Shown here piece by piece: positions 62,158 through 64,000 of a stretch of DNA of 64,000 nt. The DNA is from Nitrospira sp. (GTDB lineage: Bacteria > Nitrospirota > Nitrospiria > Nitrospirales > Nitrospiraceae): assembly GCA_047150005.1 (NCBI GenBank), contig AP038806.1, positions 1,344,001 to 1,408,000 of the forward strand, in the 5' to 3' direction. Numbering within the stretch: position 1 is the stretch's first letter; the number at the start of each line of letters is the position of its first letter. The position numbers and the translations under genes are program-made. Under the pieces are notes generated by a model, which had not been told where the DNA came from, searched no databases, and worked only from the letters and a program-made list of their open reading frames with translations.

Positions 62158-62201
62158 CCAGCCGGTTCCATCCGGGAGGCGGAGTCGGTATGATGGGCCG
62201 C

Positions 62202-62678
62202 ATGTCTACGAAAGTGTTGACCATGGGCGAACTGGTTCCCGCCCTGCAGCGCGCCCGCGCCTCGAACAAACGGGTCGTGTTCACGAACGGCTGCTTCGAC
62301 CTCATGCACGTCGGCCATACCCGCTATCTCGCAGCGGCCAAACAGCTCGGGGACCTGCTGGTCGTCGGCGTCAACAGCGACGACTCGGTACGCGCGTTGA
62401 ACAAGGCGCCCGGGCGTCCCGTGGTCCAGGATGCGCAACGGGCCGAAGTCCTGGCCGCGCTCGAGTCGGTCGACTATGTGGTCGTGTTCAGCGAACCGGA
62501 TCCGCTGAATCTGATCACGGCGATCCAGCCGGACGTCCTGGTCAAAGGCGGAGACTGGCCGGTCGACCGCATCGTCGGCCGCGACGTCGTGGAACGGCGC
62601 GGGGGAATGGTGAAAACGATCCCGCTCGTCCCAGGCGCCTCGACGACGTCGATCATTCAACGGATCCGCTCCATCTAA
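62202..62678 (+). CDS. rfaE2: D-glycero-beta-D-manno-heptose-1-phosphate adenylyltransferase
   Basis: VFTNGCFDLMHVGH, GVNSDDSV, LVKGGDW, STTSII. Start could also be 62190. Confidence 0.93.
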   Translation: MSTKVLTMGELVPALQRARASNKRVVFTNGCFDLMHVGHTRYLAAAKQLGDLLVVGVNSDDSVRALNKAPGRPVVQDAQRAEVLAALESVDYVVVFSEPDPLNLITAIQPDVLVKGGDWPVDRIVGRDVVERRGGMVKTIPLVPGASTTSIIQRIRSI

Positions 62679-62890
62679 CTAAACCGTCTGGACCACGAAA
62701 CCGCCGAACTGCATGATCCGCGAGCACCAAGCCGACTCATTATCGCGACAGGGCCGACCCATCCGATCTCGCCGATCTCGCCGAGTTCGCTCGGATTCCA
62801 CTCCGGTCCGCCGCAGACTCAGGAACATGACCCCGCCGTTTCAGAAGCGGTCCTGACGATCGAGGAATCAGAACCGTGGCGAATCCGTCC

Positions 62891-64000
62891 ATGTCTTCAG
62901 CCGCTCAGTGGATCACCCCGGTCGCAACGGCCTTAGCCGGTCTCCAGGGCCGCGCCTGCCTAACCGGTCTACACGGCTCCTCATCGGGTTTCGCCCTGAC
63001 GGAGCTGTGGCAGTCCGGAGCCGGCGCTCTGTCCGGCAAGCCGTGGCTGATCGTCGCCGGCACCGATGAGGCCGCGGAGCGTCTCTACGACGACCTCCTG
63101 TTTTTTCACCGGCTGACCGGTCGTGCGACCGACTCGCTCACGCTCTTCCCCCGATGGGAAACGCTACCATATGAAGCGACCGCGCCCCACGTCGGATTGA
63201 TCGCCCGCCGTATGAACGCGCTGCACGGAATCCACGGCGCCTCAGACGCGCGGGTCGTGACCTCGGTCGCCGCCTTGATTCAGCGGCTCATGCCGGCGGA
63301 GACGTTCGTCCGCTCGCTGCTCCGGCTCGACGTCGGCGGGTCCATCGAGCGCGATGCCCTGACGGGGGGATTGTTGCGGCTGGGCTACCGACGGGTGTCG
63401 GTGGTGGAAATCCCCGGCGAGTTCAGCATCCGCGGCGGCATCATCGACATCTTCTCCACCGCATACGGCGATCCGTTGCGCGCTGAGTTTCTCGGCGAGA
63501 CCATCGACTCGCTGCGCCTCTTCGATCCGTCCACCCAGAAATCGACCCGGAAGCTGGATCGGGCCGTCATTCTGCCGGCGCGTGAATACGTGCGGCCCGA
63601 TGCGGCGGCTGAGGCCCTCGCTCCGATTCAAGCCGATGCCGAGTGGCGTGCGCCGGATCTCTACCCCCGCATGGACACGCTCTTCGATTATTTTTCCGAA
63701 TCGCCGCTGGTGGTCCTGGATCAGCCCGCCGTCCTGGCGCGGTCCGCCGCCGACCTCTTAGAGCGGATCGACGACGGCTATCTGCGCCATAGCGAGCGCG
63801 ACACCTCGTCCCCCTATCCTTCGCCGGAACGATTGTTCCTGACCTGGCAGGACGTGATCGCGGCCACGGCGGCCTGGTCCCAACTCGCGTTGGAACCGCT
63901 GGCGGCGGGCGATCCGTCGTGGGATCCGGTCCAGGCGTTTCCGGCGCAGCTCCCGGCCAGCGCCGGGCTCGGCGTGCGGGGCACCTCGTTCACCCAAACT
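62891..64000 (+). CDS. mfd: Transcription-repair coupling factor (partial; runs off the window, absent from the ORF track)
   Basis: Open frame from ATG 62891: LTGLHGSS, FPRWETLPYE, GYRRVSVVEIPGEFSIRGGIIDIF, EFLGETIDSLRLFDPSTQKS. Confidence 0.92.
   Translation, partial: MSSAAQWITPVATALAGLQGRACLTGLHGSSSGFALTELWQSGAGALSGKPWLIVAGTDEAAERLYDDLLFFHRLTGRATDSLTLFPRWETLPYEATAPHVGLIARRMNALHGIHGASDARVVTSVAALIQRLMPAETFVRSLLRLDVGGSIERDALTGGLLRLGYRRVSVVEIPGEFSIRGGIIDIFSTAYGDPLRAEFLGETIDSLRLFDPSTQKSTRKLDRAVILPAREYVRPDAAAEALAPIQADAEWRAPDLYPRMDTLFDYFSESPLVVLDQPAVLARSAADLLERIDDGYLRHSERDTSSPYPSPERLFLTWQDVIAATAAWSQLALEPLAAGDPSWDPVQAFPAQLPASAGLGVRGTSFTQT

Noticed and set aside
62763..62785. CCGATCTCG short tandem repeat upstream of mfd
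   Set aside because: Only about two and a half copies; consistent with chance or slippage.

Overview
GC-rich bacterial chromosome segment. Gene content and protein style suggest Nitrospira/Nitrospirota (inference, no search run). Left end: a GspD secretin, a secreted S1/P1 nuclease, then a visibly more A/T-rich cassette (OLD-family ATPase-TOPRIM nuclease, sbcD, sbcC) next to the 3' end of tRNA-His, with no integrase. The rest is mostly core genes: pyrF, rpsT, holA-lptE-leuS, der, an ECF sigma/ZAS anti-sigma/cytochrome c cluster, aat, a full kdp locus with two paralogous beta-barrel porins and two tiny membrane peptides, an M16 peptidase pair, pyk, a barnase/barstar-like pair, hemL, nfeD/SPFH, gmhA, sprT, dinB, rfaE2 and a partial mfd. 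Best candidates for something new: (1) a family of heptamer-built inverted repeats, one pair enclosing a four-helix-bundle (23S-IVP/Avd-like) gene and three gene-less copies, one inside a coding frame; (2) the OLD+SbcCD cassette at tRNA-His as a possible defence system; (3) a histidine-phosphatase/PFK fusion broken by one in-frame TAG; (4) an orphan, degenerate CARF-HEPN protein; (5) a small hydrophobic ORF with a sequestered RBS that resembles a type I toxin. All family calls come from reading motifs by eye.
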